From: an uncultured Bacillales bacterium
GTDB taxonomy: Bacteria > Bacillota_I > Bacilli_A > RFN20 > CAG-826
NCBI GenBank assembly: GCA_947164155.1
Contig: CAMUVS010000001.1
Coordinates: 44,499-108,498, forward strand
Direction: 5' to 3'
DNA: 64,000 nucleotides
A program made the position numbers and the translations under genes. Within the stretch, counting starts at the first letter, position 1; each line of letters opens with the position of its first letter. Shown piece by piece: positions 51,689 to 61,582 of this stretch. The notes under the pieces were generated by a model. The model saw only the letters and a program-made list of their open reading frames with translations, had not been told where the DNA came from and made no database searches.

Positions 51689-52304
51689 AATTGAAAAGTT
51701 TGAGTATCGAGGAATAAGATATTTGCTCTATTATCCTAAAAACTATGTTAAAGGGAAGAAATTCCCAGTAGTTTTTCATCTCCATGGGGCAGGATCAAGA
51801 GGCAACAATTTTGAAGAGTTTAATGGTTCTATTATTTTGAAATTATTAGAAGAAGAAAACTCTCCGTTAAGTAATGCATTTTGTGTTTTTCCACAGTGCA
51901 GCGAAGATAATTGGTACTGTGTTTTTAATTCACTTTGTAAATTAACAAAACACATTTATCATCAATCTTTTACCGACAAGAAACGTTTTTCAATATCAGG
52001 TGTTTCAATGGGTGGATATGCTTTATATTCTCTTATTATGTGTATGCCAGAATTATTCTCTAAAGCACTTATTTGTTGTGGTGGTGGAATGTATTGGAAT
52101 TCAGGCAGAATCAAAAAGATTAAATTTAGAATTTTCCACGGCGAAAAGGATGTTGCTGTTTATCCAGAAGAGGCAATTAGGATGTACAATAGACTTAAGG
52201 AAGCAGAAGCTGATGTCTTTTTAACTTTATACCCAGATTGTGATCACAATTGTTGGGAGAAAACATATAGTAATTTCGAAAATTTACAGTGGCTAGTTGA
52301 GTAA
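51681..52304 (+). CDS. Alpha/beta-hydrolase esterase (phospholipase/carboxylesterase-like)
   Basis: It has the GxSxG nucleophile motif (GVSMGG), …HGAGSRG… and an Asp/His triad region (HGEKD…CDHNCW). The start is trimmed to the ATG at 51681, which has an AAGGA RBS. Confidence 0.65.
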   Translation: MVRIEKFEYRGIRYLLYYPKNYVKGKKFPVVFHLHGAGSRGNNFEEFNGSIILKLLEEENSPLSNAFCVFPQCSEDNWYCVFNSLCKLTKHIYHQSFTDKKRFSISGVSMGGYALYSLIMCMPELFSKALICCGGGMYWNSGRIKKIKFRIFHGEKDVAVYPEEAIRMYNRLKEAEADVFLTLYPDCDHNCWEKTYSNFENLQWLVE

Positions 52305-52436
52305 TACCGCGAATAATTTACTAAACTTTTTGTAAACTTTGCCACATGTTTACTTAGTTTATTTAAAGTTTACTTACTAATTTACAAGTTTTTCTCTGTG
52401 CATGTGAAAATAAATGTGTAGGAGAAACATCTATAT
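52305..52436. promoter_or_regulatory. Repeated GTTTAC/GTAAAC/ATTTAC half-site cluster upstream of the polysaccharide-locus lipoprotein gene (candidate LacI operator or promoter region)
   Basis: AATTTACTAAAC, TTGTAAACTTT, ATGTTTACTTAG, AAGTTTACTTAC and TAATTTACAAG all lie within 90 nt. Confidence 0.3.
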
Positions 52437-54488
52437 ATGAAAAAAAAGTTTTTTTGGCTATCGGCTAGTTTTGCTTTAGCGTTAGCAGGCTGTGGTGGTA
52501 ATGGACCAGCTCCAGGACCATCAATCAAAATCAACGATACAAAAGACGGGATTGTTTGGGACGAAGTTGCAGGTGCGGTTGCTTATCGAGTCACTCTTGA
52601 CGAAGTAGCTTCTGAAACCCTTTTCCCAGAATTTTTATTCCCATCAACTGCTGGTGAACACGTTATTACTGTAGAAAGTGTTCTTTCCGGTGGCGCTTTC
52701 GGAACCCCTTCAACATTTACTTATTCAGGTGTTGAGAGTGCATTAGGTGATTTATCTTACCAAGACGGCAAAATTACTTGGAATAATAAAGTTAGCATTG
52801 GCTTAATGTATAAAATTGATGATGGTGAACTTCAACCAGTAGTCGGTGAATTCATCTCTGTTGAAGAACAAGGGTTATATACAGTTGTTGCACCAAAAGG
52901 AATCAATGAAGAAAAAGTGTTCTATTGCACTGAAGTGTCTAAATCAATTGTTATAACTTTTGATGGAGAAGAACCTTATTTAATTGAAGATGCTTCCGCT
53001 AGTGATGATGCTTCATTAAGCGATACATATAGAAAATATAGAAGCAAAAATGGTGGTGCTTGGGAGGCAAGTGGCAGCGATGTATATTTAGACAAATCTA
53101 GTGGTCAATACATTGATGGCAATGCGGCTGGATTTAAATTCTGGTATCACGGTGATTATTATATGTTTGAAAAGGACATTGCTATTCCAGGAGCATTCAA
53201 TGAATTATCATTTGACGCTGTTGCAGGCGAAAAAATTGATTTCTATATGTCCCTCCAAATTAAGCATAACTTAGTTGTTGGCGGTGTTAATCTTAATGGT
53301 GTTTACATTCTTTATCACATTACTGAAACACCAACAAAGTGGACACACTATCGTATTTCTTTAGATGACGCTGCATGGCAAGTTGACTATGGCGGAAATA
53401 AATATTCATTCGCAACTATAGCGGCAATTGTCAGCAATTTTGGATTCAAAGTTCAGAAATTATCAGATTTCTTGCCATTCTTTGATGTTTTCCAACTCAG
53501 AATTAAAGGTGCTTATTTAGATGGTGGCCCTGTCGCAAGAGCTTCATTTGATAATATCGAATTCATTAATAGCGACATTACATCTAGTAGCAGTGAAGTA
53601 ATTATTCCTAGATTGTCACTACAAGAAAACTATGCTTTTAAAAGCGGCGATCTTTCTGGAAAAATCGTACTTAAAGATGGAACTGGTTCTCTTGAAACAA
53701 GTTTCATTAGTATCCCTGTTACTTACACAGTTGAAAATGAAGAAGTCACTATTGTTAGTACTAAAGAATTATTTGATTTTGTTGCAACATTTACATCTTT
53801 AGATGGTGGAGCAACATTAAATCTTAAAGAAATTTCTGGTTCGCTTGAACCTTCATTAAATCAAATTCAAGTAGAAGCATTTAGCAAAATGGATGATTTT
53901 GAACAATATATTGACACTGGTATTGGCTATGATAAAAACCATCCTGAATCTGAAAAGAGTAGCGAAGATTATCTCAGAGGCGCTTATTACTCAGATTGGT
54001 ATAGCCAAAATGGACCACAATCCGATATCGCTGATAGTAACTGGTCATTAATGGGCTCTACTGATTATTTATATCTTGCTAAAGAAAATTATCATTCTGG
54101 TGCAAAAGCTATGAATATGAAAGCCGGATCTAACACTTGTAGATATATGACATATGCCCTTAAAGATGGCGCTACTAAAGGCTATCAAGGTAAATACTTC
54201 TCTTTCTGGGCTAAAACTGATGCATCAGTAGATAGAAAAATTAGAGTTGGTACCTATTTTGTTAATAAAGTAGATGCTTCTAATCATACTTCTCCTGCTG
54301 CAAGAGATAGCATTGATGTCACAGTTACAGCAAATGGTGCTTGGAGTGAAATTAGAATCCCACTCGACGCGGGTAAAACATATTATGGATTCTCATTCAT
54401 TACTGGCATTGATGGAGTATCATCAACCAACCGTATCTTCGTTGATGACATTTATGTTTTAGGCGATATTTCTCCTTGGGGAAATTAA
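52437..54488 (+). CDS. Large surface lipoprotein, probable glycan-binding protein
   Basis: 683 aa with a signal peptide and a LALAGCGG lipobox. It has beta-rich CBM-like segments and an AGGAGAA RBS. Confidence 0.55.
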   Translation: MKKKFFWLSASFALALAGCGGNGPAPGPSIKINDTKDGIVWDEVAGAVAYRVTLDEVASETLFPEFLFPSTAGEHVITVESVLSGGAFGTPSTFTYSGVESALGDLSYQDGKITWNNKVSIGLMYKIDDGELQPVVGEFISVEEQGLYTVVAPKGINEEKVFYCTEVSKSIVITFDGEEPYLIEDASASDDASLSDTYRKYRSKNGGAWEASGSDVYLDKSSGQYIDGNAAGFKFWYHGDYYMFEKDIAIPGAFNELSFDAVAGEKIDFYMSLQIKHNLVVGGVNLNGVYILYHITETPTKWTHYRISLDDAAWQVDYGGNKYSFATIAAIVSNFGFKVQKLSDFLPFFDVFQLRIKGAYLDGGPVARASFDNIEFINSDITSSSSEVIIPRLSLQENYAFKSGDLSGKIVLKDGTGSLETSFISIPVTYTVENEEVTIVSTKELFDFVATFTSLDGGATLNLKEISGSLEPSLNQIQVEAFSKMDDFEQYIDTGIGYDKNHPESEKSSEDYLRGAYYSDWYSQNGPQSDIADSNWSLMGSTDYLYLAKENYHSGAKAMNMKAGSNTCRYMTYALKDGATKGYQGKYFSFWAKTDASVDRKIRVGTYFVNKVDASNHTSPAARDSIDVTVTANGAWSEIRIPLDAGKTYYGFSFITGIDGVSSTNRIFVDDIYVLGDISPWGN

Positions 54489-54497
54489 GGATTGCTG

Positions 54498-55517
54498 ATG
54501 GCCAATAAAGTTAGATTAGAGGATATTGCTAGAGAATGCGGGGTTACTAAGGGATTAGTATCCCGCGCTTTAGCAGGTAAATATAACGTCGGAGATGAAA
54601 AGAGAAATGAAATCATGCAAAAAGCTGTGGAGCTTGGTTATGATTTCTCCAAACTTCGTACTAAAAAATCTCGAGGCGATTCTGTTGTAGTGATTGTCTC
54701 TCAGACTATCCTTCTAAAAGAAGAATTTTGGCAGCCGATTTTAAAAAACATGTATGCGACTCTAAATCGCATATCAATTAAATTAGAATATTTTGTCTTT
54801 GATTCCACAAATATTGATATGGCAGCAGTTAGAGCCTTAAAAGACAACTCTTGCATGGCTTTTGTGATTTTACACAATAATCCAGATGAAATATTATCGG
54901 AATTAAGTAAATTCAATAAACCTATCATTGAGATTGACCCTAAGATTATGCACTACACTGGGGTTACTCAAGTAAAGTATTCCAATTACACCTCAATATA
55001 TGAAGTAACTCAAAAGTTAATTAAATATGGGCACAAAGAAATCTGTTTCTATGGAAGCAACACTCATTCGTTTAGCTTTAGAGAACGACACGAAGGTTTC
55101 TTAGCTTGTATTGATAACAACAAAGACAAAGGTGTAAATGGATATTCCCTTATCTTTGATAATAGCGCATTACAATATAGCGATAACAAAATGCTTCTTA
55201 CATTTTTAAAGAAGAATCCTAAAGTCACCGCCATTATATGTGCGAACGATATTGTTGCTTTGAATGTTTATAAAATTATTCAAGGAATGGGCAAAAGCAT
55301 TCCAGAAGACTATTCGGTTATCGGTTTTGACAATATTAGAGCCGGAAGAATTGCTTATCCAACCTTATCAACTTTCAATGTTCCAAGAGAACAAATTGGA
55401 GATGAAATTGGTCTATATATTGCCAGATTACGTCAAGGAAGTAGACCACAATATTCTGAATTTACAATCAGATGTGACTTTATAGAAAGGGATTCAGTTA
55501 GAAAACTGGATGAATAA
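54498..55517 (+). CDS. LacI-family transcriptional regulator
   Basis: It has an N-terminal LacI HTH (VRLEDIARECGVTKGLVSRALAGK) and a periplasmic-binding-fold sugar-sensor domain. The ATG at 54498 has an AAGGA RBS. The track ORF starts at an upstream TTG. Confidence 0.85.
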   Translation: MANKVRLEDIARECGVTKGLVSRALAGKYNVGDEKRNEIMQKAVELGYDFSKLRTKKSRGDSVVVIVSQTILLKEEFWQPILKNMYATLNRISIKLEYFVFDSTNIDMAAVRALKDNSCMAFVILHNNPDEILSELSKFNKPIIEIDPKIMHYTGVTQVKYSNYTSIYEVTQKLIKYGHKEICFYGSNTHSFSFRERHEGFLACIDNNKDKGVNGYSLIFDNSALQYSDNKMLLTFLKKNPKVTAIICANDIVALNVYKIIQGMGKSIPEDYSVIGFDNIRAGRIAYPTLSTFNVPREQIGDEIGLYIARLRQGSRPQYSEFTIRCDFIERDSVRKLDE

Positions 55518-56505
55518 AAATATGAGTAAAGTAGTTAATGGCAAAGAAATAAAAAACTTCCCTTGGGAAGAATGCCCACAAGGATTTGATGGACCAATTT
55601 GGAGATATTCTAAAAACCCTATAATTGATCGCCATCCAGTAGAAAACGTCTCCCGTGTTTTCAATAGCGCCCCTGTTCCATTTGGCGATGGCTATATCGG
55701 TGTGTTCCGTGGAGATAATGTTGACGATATTCCACATTTATATGTGGGTCACTCAAAAGATGGTATCCACTTTGAAATTGAGAAAGAACCAATTAAGTTT
55801 GTTAATGAAAAAGGAGAAAATGTGGAAACAGGTTATCAGTATGATCCGCGTGTTATCCCCTTCGAAGATTACTTTTTAATCGTGTGGTGTGATGAACTTT
55901 GTGGACCAACAATTTCAATTGCTAAAACATACGATTTTAAAAAGTTTGTGAAATTTGATAACCCATTCCTCCCATATAACAGAAATGGTGTTATTTTCCC
56001 AAGAAAAGTTAACGATAAATTTTTAATGCTTTCTCGTCCAAGTGATTCTGGTCATACCGCCTTTGGCGACATTTTCCTATCTGAAAGTAAGGATTTGACT
56101 TATTGGGGAAGACATAGAGTTGTCGCCACTAAAGGATATGAATGGTGGTGCGCACTTAAAATTGGTGCTGGTCCCGTTCCAATCGAACTCGATGACGGAT
56201 GGCTAGTATTTATTCATGGTGTTAATCGTACTTGTAATGGATATGTCTACTCTATTGGTGCGCTTATTTTAGAAAAAGATGATCCAAGCAAATTGAAATA
56301 TAGATGCAAGAACTTCTTAATGACACCTGAAGAATCTTATGAGACAACTGGATTTGTTCCTAATGTTATTTTCCCTTGTTCCGCATTAGTGGATGCACCT
56401 ACTGGAAGAATTGCTCTATATTATGGAGCTAGTGATACATATACCGCTTTAGCTTTTACTACTGTAGATAGAGTTGTTGAGTATATTAAAAAACATTCGA
56501 GATAG
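55510..56505 (+). CDS. GH130 family glycoside phosphorylase (beta-1,4-mannooligosaccharide / mannosylglucose phosphorylase-like)
   Basis: 331 aa five-bladed beta-propeller with GH130 signatures (…PFGDGYIGVFRGDN…, YDPRVIPFEDYFLIVWCDE, …GAGPVPIELDDGWLVFIHGV…). Confidence 0.8.
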   Translation: MNKNMSKVVNGKEIKNFPWEECPQGFDGPIWRYSKNPIIDRHPVENVSRVFNSAPVPFGDGYIGVFRGDNVDDIPHLYVGHSKDGIHFEIEKEPIKFVNEKGENVETGYQYDPRVIPFEDYFLIVWCDELCGPTISIAKTYDFKKFVKFDNPFLPYNRNGVIFPRKVNDKFLMLSRPSDSGHTAFGDIFLSESKDLTYWGRHRVVATKGYEWWCALKIGAGPVPIELDDGWLVFIHGVNRTCNGYVYSIGALILEKDDPSKLKYRCKNFLMTPEESYETTGFVPNVIFPCSALVDAPTGRIALYYGASDTYTALAFTTVDRVVEYIKKHSR

Positions 56506-56511
56506 GATGAT

Positions 56512-57477
56512 ATGGAAAAGGTACTAATCAAGAAAAAGCAAAGTTTAGGTTATTCCATTAAGAGGAATTTAAATGCCTCGAAGTTTTTGATTATGATGAT
56601 TATTCCAGCGATAGTTTACTATGTCATTTTCTGTTACATTCCAATGTATGGTGTACTTATTGCCTTTACTAAGTACTCACCAAGATTAGGCATTACTGGT
56701 AGTATCGCCAACAACTGGATTGGATTTGAAAACTTCGCTACTGTCTTTAAACTTCCGGGATTCTGGCAAGCCTTTACTAACACCTTATTAATTGGCTCTG
56801 TAAAAGTGATAATTTCCTTCTTGTCTGCGGTTATAGTTGCTTTATTAATTAATGAATTAAGAATGCGTGTCTTTAAAAAGACCGTGCAAATAGTGGTTAC
56901 CTTTCCACACTTCTTGTCATGGGTTGTTGTCGCTAGCTTGTTTATGCTGCTATTAGGAGAAAATGGCGGTATATCTAAAGCCATCGTTGCTAGCGGAGGA
57001 GATCCGCTTACATTCTTTAGTGATGGTAAAAAATTCTTAGCACTTATTTTTTCTAGTGATATTTGGAAAGAAGCAGGATGGAGCTCCATTATTTATATTG
57101 CGACCATGGCGGGTATTTCTTCTGATTTATATGAAGCCGCTAATATCGACGGTGCTTCTAGACTTCAAAAGATTTGGCATATCACTCTTCCAGGTATTCG
57201 ACCAACTGCGATTTTATTATTAATTATGTCTGTTGGTGGAGTGCTTTCTGCAGGATTTGATCAAATCTATAACATGACATCTCAATTACGTAACGCGACC
57301 GTTTTAGGTTCTGTACAAATTATTGATACCTTAGTCTATCAAGGTTCTTTAGGTACCGGAGCGATGACATTTGGTGAATCAACCGCATTAGGCTTATTTA
57401 AGTCTGTGATTGGTTTTGCCTTAGTTATTACCACTGATAGAATCGCTAAACTTTGTGGAGAAAGGGGAATCATCTAA
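56512..57477 (+). CDS. ABC sugar or oligosaccharide transporter permease (LplB/MalF-like)
   Basis: 321 aa with 6 TM segments and the EAA-like loop (…DLYEAANIDGASRLQKIWHITLPGIRP…). Confidence 0.85.
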   Translation: MEKVLIKKKQSLGYSIKRNLNASKFLIMMIIPAIVYYVIFCYIPMYGVLIAFTKYSPRLGITGSIANNWIGFENFATVFKLPGFWQAFTNTLLIGSVKVIISFLSAVIVALLINELRMRVFKKTVQIVVTFPHFLSWVVVASLFMLLLGENGGISKAIVASGGDPLTFFSDGKKFLALIFSSDIWKEAGWSSIIYIATMAGISSDLYEAANIDGASRLQKIWHITLPGIRPTAILLLIMSVGGVLSAGFDQIYNMTSQLRNATVLGSVQIIDTLVYQGSLGTGAMTFGESTALGLFKSVIGFALVITTDRIAKLCGERGII

Positions 57478-58385
57478 TGAGCAAGATTAAGATTTCTAAA
57501 CTCCCATTAGCGAGAAGAGAAAAAGTGAGTCCATCTAACCGTTTTGGTGGTTTTGATGTGTTCTGCTTCATCATCCTTTTGGTATTCGCTTTATTAATTA
57601 TTTTCCCGTTCTATTATTTATTTATTGTTTCCATTACTCCTCAAGAGATTTATGCGAACAACTCCTTTATCTTATGGACTCCAGAGATTTCTTTTGATGC
57701 CTATAAGACAGTTTTTACGGAGAAATCAATTTGGAACGGTTTTGGTATCACCTGTATTCTCTTATTTGGTGGCACCTTATATCAAATGTTCTTCACCGTT
57801 ATTACTGGCTACGCATTAAGTAGACAGAAATGGGTTGGAAAGAACTTTGTTATGAATATGATTTTAGTCACTATGTTCTTTGGTGGCGGACTTATTCCTT
57901 ACTACGTTTTAATTAAATCCCTCAATATGACTGATACGATTTGGGTCATGATTATTCCGGGTGCCATTGATACATTCAATATGTTATTAATGCGTAACTA
58001 CTTTGCATCTCTACCAAAAGAGTTAGAAGAATCAGCGAAAATCGATGGAGCAAATGATATTCAAATCTTTGCTCGTATCTTCCTTCCTCTTTCTTTACCA
58101 ATGCTAGCGACGGTCGGTTTATTCTTCGCTGTTGGTAACTGGAACTCTTGGTATAACGGTATGTTATTCAATACCAAAGAGTCTTTAAAAACATTGCAAC
58201 AAGTATTACAGGATGTTATCTACACTCCTGCTAGTACAATTCCAAATCCAAATCCGACCAGAATTAATACGGAAAGTTTAAAGATGGCCGCTATTTTCTT
58301 CACCATCATTCCAATGATGCTATTTTATCCATTCTTACAACGATTCTTTGTTAAGGGTATCGTTGTTGGCGCGATTAAAGGTTAG
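57477..58385 (+). CDS. ABC sugar or oligosaccharide transporter permease (LplC/MalG-like)
   Basis: It has 6 TM segments and the EAA loop (…ELEESAKIDGANDIQIFARIFLPLSLP…). The ATG at 57477 overlaps the upstream stop (TAATG). Confidence 0.85.
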   Translation: MSKIKISKLPLARREKVSPSNRFGGFDVFCFIILLVFALLIIFPFYYLFIVSITPQEIYANNSFILWTPEISFDAYKTVFTEKSIWNGFGITCILLFGGTLYQMFFTVITGYALSRQKWVGKNFVMNMILVTMFFGGGLIPYYVLIKSLNMTDTIWVMIIPGAIDTFNMLLMRNYFASLPKELEESAKIDGANDIQIFARIFLPLSLPMLATVGLFFAVGNWNSWYNGMLFNTKESLKTLQQVLQDVIYTPASTIPNPNPTRINTESLKMAAIFFTIIPMMLFYPFLQRFFVKGIVVGAIKG

Positions 58386-58397
58386 GAGGTATAACTT

Positions 58398-60014
58398 ATG
58401 CGCAGAAAATATTTATTCTTATTAACACCAGTAGTAGCCATTTCGAGTATGACTCTTACAGGTTGTGGAGGAAGAGATCCTAAACCAGATGTTTATGATA
58501 AGGATGGTAACTTACTTATTTCTCTTAGAAATCTTTATTTCAGTGATTATACTGAAACCGCTAACGATGTTTATTTAAGAGAACTTCAAGAACAGTTCAA
58601 AGTGAAGTTGTCATTCCAGTCCTATCAATGGAGTAACTGGGAAACACAAGTTACCGGAGCAATTAATGCTGATAATTTGACCGATGTTTTCCATGCCAAT
58701 ATCGATAGCTATAACTTTGCAAGTTATTATAAGTTCTGGGCTGAAGAAGAAATGATTAAACCGCTCCCAAACGATTTGACCAAGTGGCCAAACATTAAAA
58801 AAATGTTAGAAAACACTTCTAATGTCGAGAAGTTATATATCAATGGTAAACTTTATGGTTTACCTATCGCGAAAAATACCACAGATTATGATACGTCCTT
58901 CTCTCCATTTACCTATATTTATCGTCGAGACTGGGCAAAGAAATGGGGTGTTTATCAAGAAAATGACATTTATACTTGGGAACAATTTGAAGCTTTGCTA
59001 GAAAAATTTAAGACTGAACTTGCGCCTACAAGTAGATATGCGTTAGGCGATGTTGAATGGGGCTATCCAAGTATTGTGAATTTCTACAAACAAGTTCCGC
59101 ATTGCTATGCCTATGATGAAGCAACTCAAGATTATGTTAATAATTATTTAACTGATGAATATATTTTAGGATTAGAAAAATCTAAATCATTTAAATCTAA
59201 TGGTTATTATTATCCAGGACAAAACTCCGCTGTTGATGGAAGACTTAATATTGAATATTATTCAAACCAAATTGGTATTCTTTATGAAAACCTTTCCTAT
59301 AGTAATTATGAAGCCCTCAAGAAACAATTAAAAATTTCTAATGCTTCTTTAGACAATTTCAATATAGAAGATGCGACCGCAATTATGAAGATTAAAGCTC
59401 CAGCGGATTCAATACACGCAGATAAATACGTTTTAGAAGGAACTGATAACTGGTTCTCTATGACTTTCTTTGATTTCCTTATCTCTGATGCTAAACAAGC
59501 CAAGATTTTAGATATTATTGATTGGCTTCTTTCAGAAGAAGGAACATTATTCTCTATTTATGGTATTGAAGGATATGACTATACAGTTGATCCAATAACA
59601 AAAGAAATTGAATTAATCCCAGAGGCATGGCCAGAAGATCCTCAAACTCACGAGAAGGCCGCGAAAACTAATGGAGCTAAGATGCTTAGATATATGGGTT
59701 CTTTAGGTTATGACACTTTAGGTTATGATCCATTAACCAATAAAGAATCTGTCGCCTATTTAGAGTCTTGGGAAGCAGAAATGAAAGAGGCTTTAGAACA
59801 TGATGAACTTGATATTTTAAAAGAAAATAAAGATGTTATGTGGCTTACAAGCAATTTAAAAGCTAGATATTCTGGCATTATGAGAACTAATGCTTTGGGT
59901 ACTGTTATGAATTATATTTACGGCACCAACAGAATTGTTTCTATTGATGATTATAAAAATGATTTTAAGTATCCATGGGCAGAAGTCTTAGCGGAAATTA
60001 ATAGTTTAATTTAA
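58398..60014 (+). CDS. ABC transporter extracellular solute-binding lipoprotein (family 1, LplA-like)
   Basis: 538 aa with the lipobox LTGCGG and an SBP_bac_1-like pattern. An AGGAGG RBS is present. Confidence 0.8.
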   Translation: MRRKYLFLLTPVVAISSMTLTGCGGRDPKPDVYDKDGNLLISLRNLYFSDYTETANDVYLRELQEQFKVKLSFQSYQWSNWETQVTGAINADNLTDVFHANIDSYNFASYYKFWAEEEMIKPLPNDLTKWPNIKKMLENTSNVEKLYINGKLYGLPIAKNTTDYDTSFSPFTYIYRRDWAKKWGVYQENDIYTWEQFEALLEKFKTELAPTSRYALGDVEWGYPSIVNFYKQVPHCYAYDEATQDYVNNYLTDEYILGLEKSKSFKSNGYYYPGQNSAVDGRLNIEYYSNQIGILYENLSYSNYEALKKQLKISNASLDNFNIEDATAIMKIKAPADSIHADKYVLEGTDNWFSMTFFDFLISDAKQAKILDIIDWLLSEEGTLFSIYGIEGYDYTVDPITKEIELIPEAWPEDPQTHEKAAKTNGAKMLRYMGSLGYDTLGYDPLTNKESVAYLESWEAEMKEALEHDELDILKENKDVMWLTSNLKARYSGIMRTNALGTVMNYIYGTNRIVSIDDYKNDFKYPWAEVLAEINSLI

Positions 60015-61580
60015 TTGAGGAAAGAAATTATGAAAAAAAGAGGGAAATTTACACTTTTGTGTTTAACGTCACTATTGTCCCTACTTTCTTGTGGAGGAAA
60101 TGAAGAGCCTATGAAAAGCGGACCAATAGTTCCTACTAACATAGATATGGACAATATCGCTTTTACTAGCGACGATATCACCTCCAAAAACTTTGGTGGA
60201 TTAGGCGTTGAGTGGGGAGCCTATGAAGACACTGATAAAATCGCTGAAGGTGGATGGGATAGAGTCATCCATTATATGGATCATTTAGGTGCAGCTAGAA
60301 TCAGATTAATGATCAACTACGACTGGTTCTGCCAAAATTTCGATTCCCATAATAACACTGATCCAAGTGATGATACTTGGACATATAATTTCACAAATAA
60401 GTATGCAAGAAACATGGTGGAAATTCTTGAATACTGTCAAATGCATGCGATTGATGTCGCATTCGGTTGCTGGAATGTCATTGGTTCTTTTGAAAGTGAC
60501 GTCTGGAACATGATGGAAAAAGTAACCGCTGATATTCGCTGGGCAAAAATTACTGCGGATGTCCTAAACTTTTTAGTAAACGAAAAAGGGTTTAGTTGTA
60601 TTAAATGGTTTGTTAACTCTAACGAGCCAAATATAGTTGGACAAAAAGGTTCTTCTAAGAACTATAACAACACTTACTTTGTTTGGGAACAAGGTGTTAA
60701 AAACGTAAGAGAAGCCTTAGATAATATTGGTTTAAAGCATATTGGTATTATTGGTGGAGATACTACTGGTGTGATTGGCACACAAGAATATTTCACCAAT
60801 ATTGCAAAACGTATTCCTGGTTTAGTGGCGGATTATGGATGCCACTTATATTTAGGCAATTATGATATCGATAGAGGACAAATGCTAAGCCAAATTAAAT
60901 CAATTTCTGAAGATATTAAAGCAATTGACGCTGGCTTTGGCTCTATTAGAGAAGTTAATGTCTGGGAAGCAGGGCTATTAGACGGTAAAACTTTATTAGA
61001 CTGCCAATCCATGATTAGAACTCCTGATTATGCGATTAGGATGGTAGATTACACAATTCAATGTTTAGCAGGTGGAATGAATGGAGTGGTGTATTGGGAC
61101 TTTGATGACGCTATGCATTTTATGTATAACTTAAATACCACAACTCCAAAAGAGTGGGGTATGTTCTCCTCTTTAGCGGAATCTAGTTCTGGTAAACAAG
61201 AAGCTAGACCTTGGTATCATTCCTCTAGTTTACTTTGTCACTTATTAAAAAAGGGTAATAAGATTTACTCTCCAACACAAAATGATCCAAATTTAACTAA
61301 AACCTTTAGAAGTATTGCCACTGTTAGTCAAGACGGCAAGCAAGGTGGATTTGTTTGTATTAATGCGGATATGACTCAAACAGTAACCAAATCATTCTAT
61401 TTAGATGATAAGGTAGAAGGCGATAAATTGTATATTTATAAATTCGCTAGAGGTGAATATCGTTTAGGAGAAGATGGATTTATCGAACCAAATGATATCA
61501 TTGATGGCTCATTAAATAAAAAACTCACATTAGAGATTGCTCCTAGAACAGTCTATGTGGTGTCTAATACGAGGTTATAA
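60015..61580 (+). CDS. Lipoprotein glycoside hydrolase, clan GH-A TIM barrel (putative beta-mannanase or endoglycanase)
   Basis: 521 aa with the lipobox LSLLSCGG and the acid/base NEP motif (FVNSNEPNIVG) typical of GH5/GH26/GH30-type clan A enzymes. Confidence 0.55.
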   Translation: MRKEIMKKRGKFTLLCLTSLLSLLSCGGNEEPMKSGPIVPTNIDMDNIAFTSDDITSKNFGGLGVEWGAYEDTDKIAEGGWDRVIHYMDHLGAARIRLMINYDWFCQNFDSHNNTDPSDDTWTYNFTNKYARNMVEILEYCQMHAIDVAFGCWNVIGSFESDVWNMMEKVTADIRWAKITADVLNFLVNEKGFSCIKWFVNSNEPNIVGQKGSSKNYNNTYFVWEQGVKNVREALDNIGLKHIGIIGGDTTGVIGTQEYFTNIAKRIPGLVADYGCHLYLGNYDIDRGQMLSQIKSISEDIKAIDAGFGSIREVNVWEAGLLDGKTLLDCQSMIRTPDYAIRMVDYTIQCLAGGMNGVVYWDFDDAMHFMYNLNTTTPKEWGMFSSLAESSSGKQEARPWYHSSSLLCHLLKKGNKIYSPTQNDPNLTKTFRSIATVSQDGKQGGFVCINADMTQTVTKSFYLDDKVEGDKLYIYKFARGEYRLGEDGFIEPNDIIDGSLNKKLTLEIAPRTVYVVSNTRL

Positions 61581-61582
61581 GT

